Translations under genes and position numbers: made by a program
Shown here: positions 10,287 to 19,220 of the stretch, piece by piece
Numbering within the stretch: the stretch's first letter is position 1
Layout: each line of letters opens with the position of its first letter
The notes under the pieces: model-generated
Databases searched by the model: none
What the model was told of the DNA's origin: nothing
The model's input: the letters and a program-made list of their open reading frames with translations, nothing else
Assembly (NCBI GenBank): GCA_023245355.1
Contig: JAHFKN010000001.1
Span: 139,528-203,527, forward strand
Source of the DNA: Candidatus Gottesmanbacteria bacterium
Lineage (GTDB): Bacteria > Patescibacteriota > Microgenomatia > UBA10105 > UBA927
Length of the DNA: 64,000 nucleotides
Direction: 5' to 3'

Positions 10287-11402
10287 CTACTTTACCACGT
10301 TCTCCCATGGGAAGCCACTTCGGCCGAAATGCCCGTATCTGGCAGTTTGCCGGTATATCGGCCGGCGCAGATTAAGCCCTTTTAATATACCCGGAACGGA
10401 CAGGTCTATAAGACTCCAGGCATACGCTTCGATATCTGCAATTGGCTTTTTTTCGGTACCGAACGTATCAATCGCTTTCCCCAGCGGCTCACGCTGACCT
10501 ATCACGTACGCCACACGCACCTCCACCCTGTCAGCCAACCCCTTTGCTACGATATTTTTTGCTATAAAACGCGCCGCATATGCCCCGCTCCTGTCTACCT
10601 TGGTCGGATCCTTGCCGGAGAACGCGCCTCCCCCGTGCCGGGAAAATCCGCCGTATGTATCTACAATAATTTTCCGCCCGGTAACTCCGGTATCGGAGGA
10701 AGGTCCTCCGATTTCCCACTGTCCCTTACTGCCGTTGACGACGACATTATCAAGAGACGGAGGCGTCAACTTATACTTTTTGAGCACGGGCTTGATCACT
10801 TTTTCATACAATGCTTTTTTAAGCTCGGCATTACTCACCTTGGGGTCATGCGGAACGGCAAGCACAATGCGCTCTACCGCCACGGGTTTATTGTTTTCAT
10901 AAATTACTTTCACTTCGCTTTTTCCGTCGGGACGCAAATACGGCAGTATCTTTTTCTCCCGCGTTTCGTCCATGCGTTCGACAAGCCGATGCGCGAGCAC
11001 GAGCGGCATCGGCATGTACTCCGGAGTTTCGTTTGTGGCGTACCCGAACATCATCCCCTGATCTCCCGCACCGCCGTCATCTACTCCCACCGCAATATCC
11101 GGTGACTGCTCGTGGATGTATACGGAAATCGGTGACTTATACGAAAAGTTGTATACGCCGTTGGTGTACCCCAAGGATTTAATCGTTTTCCTGGCAATCG
11201 CTTCATAATTCAGTTTCTTTTTGCAGGTCACTTCCCCCGCAAGGACGATCCGGTTTGTCGTAACCAGTGTCTCTACCGCCACCCGTGCTTTCGGGTCTAC
11301 AGAAAGTGCTGCGTCTACGATGGAATCCGAAATCTGGTCGCAGATTTTATCAGGATGCCCGCTTGCTACCGATTCGGATGTAAAATGCGTTATTTTTTTC
11401 AT
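10287..11402 (-). CDS. metK: S-adenosylmethionine synthetase
   Basis: FTSESVASGHPDKICDQISD, GAGDQG and GGGAFSGKDPTKVDRS. Confidence 0.97.
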   Translation of the reverse strand: MKKITHFTSESVASGHPDKICDQISDSIVDAALSVDPKARVAVETLVTTNRIVLAGEVTCKKKLNYEAIARKTIKSLGYTNGVYNFSYKSPISVYIHEQSPDIAVGVDDGGAGDQGMMFGYATNETPEYMPMPLVLAHRLVERMDETREKKILPYLRPDGKSEVKVIYENNKPVAVERIVLAVPHDPKVSNAELKKALYEKVIKPVLKKYKLTPPSLDNVVVNGSKGQWEIGGPSSDTGVTGRKIIVDTYGGFSRHGGGAFSGKDPTKVDRSGAYAARFIAKNIVAKGLADRVEVRVAYVIGQREPLGKAIDTFGTEKKPIADIEAYAWSLIDLSVPGILKGLNLRRPIYRQTARYGHFGRSGFPWENVVK

Positions 11403-11426
11403 ATATGCCTTTCCGCCCTGATAAGC

Positions 11427-11454
11427 AAAAAATAACCCCGCCAAGCGGGGTAAA
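11427..11454 (-). terminator. Intrinsic terminator of the metK leader (riboswitch expression platform)
   Basis: Minus strand TACCCCGC-TTG-GCGGGGT followed by TATTTTTT. Confidence 0.8.
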
Positions 11455-11473
11455 CTTTTTCCCTACTTCAGGC

Positions 11474-11581
11474 AAATCATTCCTCGGTATTCTACCGGGA
11501 TTCGTTTTGGCACCGTATCCCAATTTGGCTCGGTTGCCGGGCGGATTATTGAGCGAAATCTCTCCCCGCCACTCTTGATTT
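11474..11581 (-). ncRNA. SAM-I (S-box) riboswitch upstream of metK
   Basis: Minus strand AAATCAAGAG..GGCGG..CCGCC-CGGCAACC..CGGTGCCAA..P4 CCCGGTAGAATACCGAGG..GATTT. P1 is AAATC/GATTT, followed by a terminator and metK. Confidence 0.88.
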
Positions 11582-11622
11582 ATTAACTTTTTATCTACGT
11601 TACTCTTCCCGGACGTATGTTG

Positions 11623-12915
11623 TCAAGACGCTGTCTCGTGCCTTACCTGTTCTGTAAAGGGCACGTCGGGCAACCCTTGGACGCCGCCGAACGAGATGCG
11701 GTCAAGTACCTTCTGTTCCATGCGTGCCATCCGGGCAGGATATATGACGAAGTCGCCGAATCGGTTTTGTATGGCATCTATCGCGCGTGTTATATCCCGC
11801 TTTCTGTTCTCTTCAGGAAACAGCGATGCCTGCCTATCCGTATCGGAGTGTAATGCATAGCAATACACCGCAAGCATTTTCACCGCCCGTTCGGGAGCAT
11901 GCATGAGCAGGCGCCGCATATTCATATAAAAATCAAAATCAGAAAACATCGGAAATGTTTTTTTCTCCTGGGTATGCCAATGGGAATGATCGATAAACAT
12001 CACGGATATTCCGACTCCGTACGCCGCAAATCCGTCTGCTCTCATTCTTCTGCCCATTTTCATCGTAAGTTGGGTGAGAATCTGCCATAACCGGGAATCA
12101 GTGGGCAGATACGGGGTACCCAATACATATGACTGGCCGAAACTTTTCTGGTCTTCTTTCGTGTCTTTGCTAAATTCCTTATACATGCTCCCATCTTCAT
12201 ACCCGTGAAGCCGGAGCCACCAGTGGTGCCCCACGACAGAATGGAATGCGCGTTTAAGATCTCCTACACTCGCCCGGTAAAACGCCAATGGAGTCATAAT
12301 GCCCGCCTCCATAAGCCGCCTGCCGTTGCCCTCTTTAATACCGCAGAAATCGGTGAGTTTCATCGTCCCGAATGTTTCCAGAATATTTTCGCGCGTGATG
12401 GCAACCAGTCCGTCGGGCTTCTGCAGTCCGGAGGCGACCTTGGCCAGATACCTGTTCGGGGCAATTCCGCACGATACGGTGATCCACTCGCCTATCTCAT
12501 GTTTGATGCGCATTTTAATGTCACGCGCTATATCGAACATATCCTGCCGGTCGAGTGCCGGGGTGTTAGCAAGATTCATCACCATTTCATCAATGGACTC
12601 CACACTGATGTATGCCGTATAGGACTGAAGTAACCTCAGGAGTTTACGGTTTACCACCCGGTATTTCGGCGGATCAGGAGGCAGCACGATCAAATGCGGC
12701 GCTAAACTTCTCCCTTCCCGCACCTGCATGCCTGTTTTTACCCCCAGCTTCTTTGCTTCACGGGAAGCTGCCAGAATACACCCGTAGTCTTTCACGTAGG
12801 CTGCCACAACGACAGGCTTCCCCCGCAGCAGCGGATTTGCCTGCTGTTCCACCGTGGCAAAGCAGGAATTGATGTCCACATGCATCGTGGTAGGGGCAAT
12901 AGGGTTAAAGTCCAT
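11623..12915 (-). CDS. dinB: Y-family DNA polymerase (Pol IV/DinB-like)
   Basis: HVDINSCFATVEQ, SIDE and LAKVAS..KPDG. Confidence 0.9.
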   Translation of the reverse strand: MDFNPIAPTTMHVDINSCFATVEQQANPLLRGKPVVVAAYVKDYGCILAASREAKKLGVKTGMQVREGRSLAPHLIVLPPDPPKYRVVNRKLLRLLQSYTAYISVESIDEMVMNLANTPALDRQDMFDIARDIKMRIKHEIGEWITVSCGIAPNRYLAKVASGLQKPDGLVAITRENILETFGTMKLTDFCGIKEGNGRRLMEAGIMTPLAFYRASVGDLKRAFHSVVGHHWWLRLHGYEDGSMYKEFSKDTKEDQKSFGQSYVLGTPYLPTDSRLWQILTQLTMKMGRRMRADGFAAYGVGISVMFIDHSHWHTQEKKTFPMFSDFDFYMNMRRLLMHAPERAVKMLAVYCYALHSDTDRQASLFPEENRKRDITRAIDAIQNRFGDFVIYPARMARMEQKVLDRISFGGVQGLPDVPFTEQVRHETAS

Positions 12916-12921
12916 AAAATT

Positions 12922-13176
12922 TTAGTGAATGGTATCTACTTCGAGAAGCGTCCACCTCAAACTCTCACTGTCCATCACAAGCTTAAAGAACGTACTTCCG
13001 TCGCTGACCGAAAAGATATGGAAAAGATGCCGCCCTTCCCACACCGTGTGGTGTAATCCGATGGTCGTGATGTGGTACTGGCGTCCGTGCCAATACAGGC
13101 TGTACGGAAGCACTTTTCGGGTCTTATGATTACTCCAGAGAGTAACGGAAACAGGTTCGTTTATGGTTTCGGGCAT
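12922..13176 (-). CDS. Small hypothetical protein preceding dinB (mutagenesis-cassette accessory-like)
   Basis: Clean ORF 6 nt upstream of dinB; W.GR.Y.I..I..W pattern. Confidence 0.6.
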   Translation of the reverse strand: MPETINEPVSVTLWSNHKTRKVLPYSLYWHGRQYHITTIGLHHTVWEGRHLFHIFSVSDGSTFFKLVMDSESLRWTLLEVDTIH

Positions 13177-13242
13177 GGGTATTAAAACCATAATAAACCC
13201 GAAAATAAGAGTCGTCAACTGGGTGTAACTGTATCAAATAGT

Positions 13243-13258
13243 ACGAAATTCAACCGAA
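13243..13258 (-). promoter_or_regulatory. Candidate LexA-type direct-repeat operator TTCGG-N6-TTCGT upstream of the dinB operon
   Basis: Minus strand TTCGG TTGAAT TTCGT. Resembles my recollection of the Patescibacteria LexA direct-repeat motif (not verified). Confidence 0.45.
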
Positions 13259-13298
13259 AGTATACCTACGTTTGAATTACCTGTTCCTGATAGATGAT

Positions 13299-13327
13299 TT
13301 GCTATTGTATTCTCACTCTGCTATACT
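13299..13327 (+). promoter_or_regulatory. Sigma70-type promoter for the DEAD-box helicase leader
   Basis: TTGCTA-17 nt-TATACT with an extended -10 TG. Confidence 0.6.
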
Positions 13328-13343
13328 CTCGTATGCACCTGTA

Positions 13344-13483
13344 TTGAAACAATACATCTGCTTATTGTAAGTTAACAGTTTGAGAAGTTAAGAGAAAAAA
13401 CGCCCCAAGATTTATTCTTTATTTATCCGCGTCTTTTCCCCTTTTCAGGTATTTTCATTATATAAGCAGCTCTATTGTTTCAA
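13344..13483 (+). ncRNA. Rod-like structured RNA in the DEAD-box helicase 5' region
   Basis: TTGAAACAATA/TATTGTTTCAA and CTGCTTAT/ATAAGCAG perfect stems, a central bubble and a distal stem. Confidence 0.55.
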
Positions 13484-13507
13484 CTTTCCGGTTCAACTCA
13501 TATTTTT

Positions 13508-14728
13508 ATGTATCAAAACAACAGACAACGTTCATTTGGTCGTCCGCGGCCGTCATTTGGCAATTCCAGGCCGTCTTTCGGCAGAAACCGCCCGATTAAA
13601 ACCGTGCCGAAAAGCGTCATTTTGGCGACAATTGCCCGGAGCAAGGACAATCATGCAGGCGATATCCAAAGCGAGCCCGTGCCTGTGATGCATCAATTTA
13701 CCGATTTCGGGTTGGACGCACTGCTTGTAGAAACCATCAAAGCAAAAGGGTTTACGGCTCCGACTCCGATCCAGGATACGGCAATCCCGGCAATTCTTTC
13801 GGGGCGTGACATCATCGGAACCGCAAATACGGGAACCGGCAAAACGGCCGCATTCCTGATCCCGCTGATCCAGAAAGTAACGTCTGACAGAAACCAACGT
13901 GTGCTTGTGGTAGCCCCTACCCGCGAGCTGGCCGTACAGATACATAAGGAATTGCGTGATTTCTCACGCGGACTATCCATCAGAAGCGCCATGCTTATCG
14001 GAGGCGCAAATGAATGGCGGCAGCGTTCTGACTTAAAACTTGACCCGCATTTTGTCATCGCGACTCCTGGAAGACTCAAGGATTTCGTGGAATCCCGGTA
14101 TGTCCGGTTATCTACATTCCGGAATGTCGTTCTGGACGAAGCGGACCGCATGGTAGATATAGGATTTATCAATGACATCAAATATTTTATCTCTTTACTT
14201 CCCAAGGAACGGCAATCCCTGTTTTTCTCTGCGACGATATCGGGCAAAGTAGGCGAAATCCTTACGGAATTCGTCCAAAATCCCGTCCGCGTATCCGTCA
14301 AAACTGAGGACGTGGCCACGACAATCCGTCAGGATGTCATTCATGTCACCAACAGGAACGCCAATGCCAAGGTAGAGGCGCTCCATGACCTGCTTATTCA
14401 GAAAGAATTCGATAAAGTGCTTATTTTTGGCCGCACGAAATGGGGAGTACAACGGTTGTCTGACGAACTGGTCAAACGGGGATTCCGTTCAGGCGCAATT
14501 CACGGCAATAAACGCCAAAATCAACGCCAATATGTCCTGGAACAGTTCAAACGGAGCGAAATCCAGATTTTACTGGCCACCGATGTTGCCAGCCGCGGGC
14601 TCGATATTCCCGATGTGTCACACGTCATTAACTATGACCTTCCTGAGACGCTGGATGATTACATCCACCGCATCGGACGCACCGGACGCGCCAATAAGCG
14701 CGGGATCGCGCTGACGTTCGTAGAATAA
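13508..14728 (+). CDS. DEAD-box RNA helicase
   Basis: PTPIQ, TGTGKT, PTRELA, TPGRL, DEAD, SAT and HRIGRTGRA. Confidence 0.96.
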   Translation: MYQNNRQRSFGRPRPSFGNSRPSFGRNRPIKTVPKSVILATIARSKDNHAGDIQSEPVPVMHQFTDFGLDALLVETIKAKGFTAPTPIQDTAIPAILSGRDIIGTANTGTGKTAAFLIPLIQKVTSDRNQRVLVVAPTRELAVQIHKELRDFSRGLSIRSAMLIGGANEWRQRSDLKLDPHFVIATPGRLKDFVESRYVRLSTFRNVVLDEADRMVDIGFINDIKYFISLLPKERQSLFFSATISGKVGEILTEFVQNPVRVSVKTEDVATTIRQDVIHVTNRNANAKVEALHDLLIQKEFDKVLIFGRTKWGVQRLSDELVKRGFRSGAIHGNKRQNQRQYVLEQFKRSEIQILLATDVASRGLDIPDVSHVINYDLPETLDDYIHRIGRTGRANKRGIALTFVE

Positions 14729-14730
14729 TC

Positions 14731-14937
14731 CTATCGCACCGAAGAAGACCTCCTGAAACGCTCGTCCTTACGGATCTCGTGGACGTGATCCGCTTCCGAC
14801 TGAAGCCTGTCGGCGAGTGCCGCACCCTGAATGTCCCCATGCCGCACGCTGGATAACACCCGCTCCGCTATAGCCGTAATGCTTTTGGGCAGACGCGGTT
14901 TTTCTTTCTCAGCCGCGGCGCTTTGTGTTCCTGCCAT
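14731..14937 (-). CDS. Small hypothetical protein
   Basis: GGAGG RBS upstream of ATG; fills the gap convergent with the helicase. Confidence 0.4.
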   Translation of the reverse strand: MAGTQSAAAEKEKPRLPKSITAIAERVLSSVRHGDIQGAALADRLQSEADHVHEIRKDERFRRSSSVR

Positions 14938-15027
14938 GACCATCACCTCCTCATAAGAACCGGGCACAGTATGCCAAAAGCATACACACGCACGCAATGC
15001 ATCAGGAGTATGCACGGATGCGTGTAC

Positions 15028-15063
15028 CAAAAAAAAGCCCCGCTTTCGCGGGACTTTCTTTTT
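15028..15063. terminator. Bidirectional-looking intrinsic terminator downstream of the cold-shock gene
   Basis: A-run, CCCGC-TTTC-GCGGG hairpin, T-run. Confidence 0.7.
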
Positions 15064-15089
15064 GTTGATATTGCTATCAACATGAGTTT

Positions 15090-15287
15090 TTATGCTCGTT
15101 TTACATTTTTAGCGCTTGGGCCTTTCGGGCCGTCTACGACTTCAAACGTGACAGTCTCGCCCACTTGAAGTTCATCAAATGTGACGCCGACCAAATCTTT
15201 AGAGTGGAAGAACAGGTCTTTCGACTCGCCTTCACGTGATATAAAACCAAATCCTCTATCAGTTTTTGTTTTAATTGTGCCGTTCAT
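15090..15287 (-). CDS. Cold-shock domain protein
   Basis: MNGTIK..RGFGFI..DLFFH..GPKGPSAKNV, with AAGGAG RBS. Confidence 0.95.
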   Translation of the reverse strand: MNGTIKTKTDRGFGFISREGESKDLFFHSKDLVGVTFDELQVGETVTFEVVDGPKGPSAKNVKRA

Positions 15288-15333
15288 TGGTATCTCCTTT
15301 CTGTGTAGTAAGTATACCACATCTGAAAGACAA

Positions 15334-16311
15334 TTACCCGACTTGTGCGGATTTGAGGAATTCTGTGAGGACATCCTTAAACGCGGCTATACTCCGCTCA
15401 TCGGTAACAGAGCCGGTAAATACGGGCTTCCCGATTGATGTAAATACCCTGGCAGCGTTCCTGACTGCGTCTTTCGTAACCAAATCCGTCTTGTTTAAAA
15501 ATATGAGTTCCGGCTTTTCCAAAAGTGCCGGATTAAATTCCTTAAATTCATTGCGTACCGTTTCATAGGCGGCAAGGGGGTTTTCGACCGTGATATCGAT
15601 ACAGTGGACCAGCATACTGGTTTTTTCGATATGCTTTAGAAATTTCGTTCCGAGCCCGATACCGCGCGACGCACCTTCGATAAGACCGGGGATATCTGCA
15701 ATCGGATGCTTGCCAAACATGCCGATGGTAGGCTCCAATGTGGTAAAAGGATATGCTCCGATAGCAGGTGTCGCATTGGTGAGGACGGTTAATAAACTGC
15801 TTTTTCCGGCATTCGGAAGTCCGATAAGACCGATTTCTGCTATCAGCCGGAGTTCCAGGCGGATATTTTTTACCTCGCCGGCTCCTCCCAGCTCACGGTT
15901 CGTCGGTGCCTGGTTGGTCGCGGATTTGAACTTGAAGTTTCCAAAGCCTCCGGCGCCTCCCCGCGCGATCAGTACGGGCCTATCAACCTGACTGATTTCA
16001 ATCACTTTCCCACCGTCTACATCCGTAATGCGGGTTCCCAGAGGCACTTCAACCGTCACATGCTGGGCGTTTCTGCCGAAGCCATTGTGTTTGGTGCCGT
16101 GCCCGCCGTTTTCTCCCACAACTTTCTTCTTGTACCGAAAGTACCTAAGGTCATTCACATTGGGAGATCCCTGAAAAAGGACGTCTCCGCCGTTGCCGCC
16201 GTTGCCGCCGTCGGGACCTCCTCTGGCCTTCATGGAAGTGCGTGCAAATGTTGCAGCCCCGTTGCCGCCGTCGCCGGCTTTGACAATAATCGTTACGTTA
16301 TCTATGAGCAT
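15334..16311 (-). CDS. obgE: Obg family GTPase
   Basis: Gly-rich Obg domain, GLPNAGKSS, YPFTT, DIPG and NKTD. Confidence 0.95.
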   Translation of the reverse strand: MLIDNVTIIVKAGDGGNGAATFARTSMKARGGPDGGNGGNGGDVLFQGSPNVNDLRYFRYKKKVVGENGGHGTKHNGFGRNAQHVTVEVPLGTRITDVDGGKVIEISQVDRPVLIARGGAGGFGNFKFKSATNQAPTNRELGGAGEVKNIRLELRLIAEIGLIGLPNAGKSSLLTVLTNATPAIGAYPFTTLEPTIGMFGKHPIADIPGLIEGASRGIGLGTKFLKHIEKTSMLVHCIDITVENPLAAYETVRNEFKEFNPALLEKPELIFLNKTDLVTKDAVRNAARVFTSIGKPVFTGSVTDERSIAAFKDVLTEFLKSAQVG

Positions 16312-16402
16312 TATCCGTATTGTACCATTGTGGCTGCCCGTTTGGCCGTTTCAATCCGTGATTACATGTCTGTACGGGCGGCCGCAGCTACCGGACACAA
16401 GG

Positions 16403-17686
16403 TCATTTACTGAGGGTTTGCCCGGGGCTAAAAGGAGCAAACGGAGGCAAATTTTTGCCTTTGAGCAGCACTCCCCAATCATTAATTTTCCCGTTCTCTC
16501 CCGCCGGGGGATTGATACGGGATGCCTGAAGTACATAGACGACCGGATCGGGGATTTTATTCTTTTCGCGGATTTTATCTTCCCATAGTTCCAGCATGGC
16601 GAGTCCGCCTCCCAGATATATGCGTGTCTCATTTTTGCCTGTTCCGTATACGCGAACATGGGGATTGATCCTGCCTTCCCGGCCTGTGGACAGCTTGTCA
16701 CCCATATCGCCTACCGTAAATAATCCCCGCTCCACCATCTCCGCTTGGGTATTGATAAGGTAATTTGATCCGATTTCTTTGCTGCCTAAACCGTACGACA
16801 ATGCCCCGACGCGGATAAGCAGCGGAGTTTTCCGCTCCAGCGCACGCTTGACTGCTATCGAGATACCTTGTGTAGAAGCTACCGCTACACGGATTTCCTC
16901 CAGGGTTTTGTCGTGGCGATTCCCCATCGCGTCATCAACTTCCTGATCGCCGATAATAGTCGCACCCGAGGCCAGACAGTCGTCAAACCGCGTCAGACGC
17001 GCATATTCATACAGTCCCAACCGTTTCCGGACCGCTGTAGCACCTTTTGCACTGAATTCTCCCAGACATTCGCTTACCGCCTGCCGGTACCGAAGCTTTT
17101 TTTCCGGATTCATGTCGGGATCGTTACCGAGCGTGGTTAATTCCTGCATGACCGGTGACATGGAACCGTTCCGGATCTCAATAATGATTTTCCCCTCAGC
17201 ATCATTTTTTATGGCGCGCATAATGGGCAGTTCTTCCTGAGGAGACACGGCACTACACGAATCGCGGGAAGATATAGCCTGTACTGCCTGGCTGTCTGTA
17301 TACGTTCTGCCGCTTCCGTCCTCGCAGACAAAATTCAGAGCCCGCAGCCCTTCCACAAGCGCCTCAGGAGACAGGCGCGTTCCCTCGATGGACTCGATAA
17401 GCAGCGGACCGAACAACACTTCTGCGTCACCGGTATTGGGCTTGCCGTATTTTTGTGCTCCGTGCCATTCCTCCGGAATACGGAGGTGCTCCCCGTCTTT
17501 TGCCACACGGATACGTATGTTTGCCGGCTTCCATTGCGTGTCGAAATGCCGGAAAATTTCAGCCATGGAGATGTCACGCAGTGAGGCACTCAGTTCTTTC
17601 GCATCCATGATCGGTTTTACTTCTTTTCCTGGCTCCCGCCTGCCTGGCCGTATATCATGTGATGGGGTATGAGATTCTTTACCCAT
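16403..17686 (-). CDS. Hypothetical protein
   Basis: 427-aa ORF with no recognised motif. Confidence 0.6.
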   Translation of the reverse strand: MGKESHTPSHDIRPGRREPGKEVKPIMDAKELSASLRDISMAEIFRHFDTQWKPANIRIRVAKDGEHLRIPEEWHGAQKYGKPNTGDAEVLFGPLLIESIEGTRLSPEALVEGLRALNFVCEDGSGRTYTDSQAVQAISSRDSCSAVSPQEELPIMRAIKNDAEGKIIIEIRNGSMSPVMQELTTLGNDPDMNPEKKLRYRQAVSECLGEFSAKGATAVRKRLGLYEYARLTRFDDCLASGATIIGDQEVDDAMGNRHDKTLEEIRVAVASTQGISIAVKRALERKTPLLIRVGALSYGLGSKEIGSNYLINTQAEMVERGLFTVGDMGDKLSTGREGRINPHVRVYGTGKNETRIYLGGGLAMLELWEDKIREKNKIPDPVVYVLQASRINPPAGENGKINDWGVLLKGKNLPPFAPFSPGQTLSK

Positions 17687-17836
17687 AGTTTGTGCGATAG
17701 TAATATGTTTGCCGGGGAATTACAACAACCGATTTAGCCTTGTGAGATACCGTACTTTTCGTGGTATTCCCGAATATACCGGGTAATTTATATACTATTA
17801 CAAAATAACCTATAATATATGCGCTGCTTGTATATA

Positions 17837-18214
17837 TTACGCAGTCCTGCGGATGTGACGCGAAAAATACATAAGCACAAGAGATAACGCGGCAACAGTT
17901 ACTTCAAGAAGCGTATACCCAAGCGGCGCCACCTCCGGCTGCATAAGGTGCATCTGATCTGCAATAACCTGGAGAATATTGAGCACTGCAGCCGCAACGG
18001 CAAATTTGGCTCCAAGCAACGGACGTTTCAGGATCAGGGGTATTGCGGCGATTTCCGTAATCAAAATAGTAAGAAAAAAGAACAACCAGTATATCGATAC
18101 CCCGGATTGAGGTCGGATTTCAAATCCGATCGGAGGGGGAAATTCCAGAACCGTTACGATGAGAATGGCGACAATTGTTGCGACCGCGCCCTTTTGTGCA
18201 AATGATATATTCAT
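17837..18214 (-). CDS. Hypothetical membrane protein (about 4 TM)
   Basis: Four hydrophobic segments. Confidence 0.65.
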   Translation of the reverse strand: MNISFAQKGAVATIVAILIVTVLEFPPPIGFEIRPQSGVSIYWLFFFLTILITEIAAIPLILKRPLLGAKFAVAAAVLNILQVIADQMHLMQPEVAPLGYTLLEVTVAALSLVLMYFSRHIRRTA

Positions 18215-18269
18215 GCGTATATAATACACGATAATTCATATGCATAAAATATTGTATGATACACATCAT

Positions 18270-18548
18270 ATGCAAAAAGATGTAAAGAAACGTGACGGGA
18301 GTACTGAAGCGTACGAAGAAGATAAAATTGCACGCGTTGTGACAACTGCGGGACTCGCACCCGATAAGGCGCATGGTCTTGCCGCGGCCGTATCCGCTTG
18401 GGTGAATAGTCTGCCCGATACCCACATCTCTTCATTGCAGATACGGGACAAGGTGCTGGAGTTGCTAACCGCAGCAGACACTAATGCAGCAGATCTGTAC
18501 CGCTGGTACGAAACCACCAAAGAACCGCAGAAAAAAGACGCAAGCTGA
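18270..18548 (+). CDS. Stand-alone ATP-cone domain protein
   Basis: VKKRDGSTEAYEEDKI..ISSLQIRDKV..L. Confidence 0.8.
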   Translation: MQKDVKKRDGSTEAYEEDKIARVVTTAGLAPDKAHGLAAAVSAWVNSLPDTHISSLQIRDKVLELLTAADTNAADLYRWYETTKEPQKKDAS

Positions 18549-18603
18549 GTACGCGTGTTGGAACTCAATCGGAACGTATATTCAGTCCTATAACGTTTTG
18601 CCT

Positions 18604-18633
18604 GTTGCACTGTGAGTGCAACTATTGTATGTT
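18604..18633 (+). promoter_or_regulatory. Promoter with overlapping palindromic operator for the retron-like operon
   Basis: TTGCAC-17 nt-TATGTT; perfect inverted repeat GTTGCAC-N5-GTGCAAC (18604-18622) covers the -35 box. Confidence 0.6.
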
Positions 18634-18653
18634 ATCAGTGGTGCAAGTGCACT

Positions 18654-18873
18654 AGCTCTTTAAAACCGGAATATTTGTTTTTTGCCAAAAAACTTTCGCG
18701 CGGCGGAGGCTTACGCCTTCATAAAAACGGGGCATCATAGCCAACAATTATCGGGTATTGCTATATAGTTATTTATATTGCTATTACTTGCTATTTGGCT
18801 ATGTATATGTCTGATTCTTGTATGGATGGTGCAATCAAATGCACGGTCAATTTCAAACATTTTTTTGAGAGCT
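18654..18873 (+). ncRNA. Putative retron msr-msd ncRNA
   Basis: Terminal repeats AGCTCTTTAAAA/TTTTTGAGAGCT, two short stem-loops (18677-18693, 18705-18720) and a long hairpin (18736-18803), all upstream of a retron-type RT operon. Confidence 0.65.
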
Positions 18874-18895
18874 GCGAAAGGAGGTGAAATACCAT

Positions 18896-19180
18896 ATGGC
18901 AAAAAACAATACTGATGATTTAGTAGTTCCGGTTTCGGTCGCACATACATTGGTCGCAATATTCTTTGCGGATTCCAATAAAAAGGATCGGAATGTTGAT
19001 GAAATACATGCTGCGCTTTTTATAGCTGATAGGCTGAAGCATCGAGCAGAAGTATCTGAAGATGGATTCGTCCGAATTTCCGATGAGGAAGCGGTGACAA
19101 TTCTTCGTGAGCTTTACGCACGATTGTCTGACCCCTACAAACTAAAGAAAATAACGGATATGTTAACGACCCGAGGCTAA
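18896..19180 (+). CDS. Small unknown protein, candidate retron effector
   Basis: Strong SD AAAGGAGGTGA at 18877-18887; 94 aa; sits between the ncRNA and the HTH gene. Confidence 0.75.
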   Translation: MAKNNTDDLVVPVSVAHTLVAIFFADSNKKDRNVDEIHAALFIADRLKHRAEVSEDGFVRISDEEAVTILRELYARLSDPYKLKKITDMLTTRG

Positions 19181-19220
19181 CCCCTCCATCTTACAAAGCA
19201 ATTTACGTGTATAAACATCT

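Noticed and set aside
16186-16280. GCCGTTGCC-type tandem repeats
   Set aside because: They encode the normal Gly-rich GGNGG motifs of Obg.
18540-18600. Long duplicated tRNA-Glu 3' fragment as attL
   Set aside because: No long direct repeat was found. Only GTAC is shared, which fits a serine-integrase crossover rather than a tyrosine-type att duplication.
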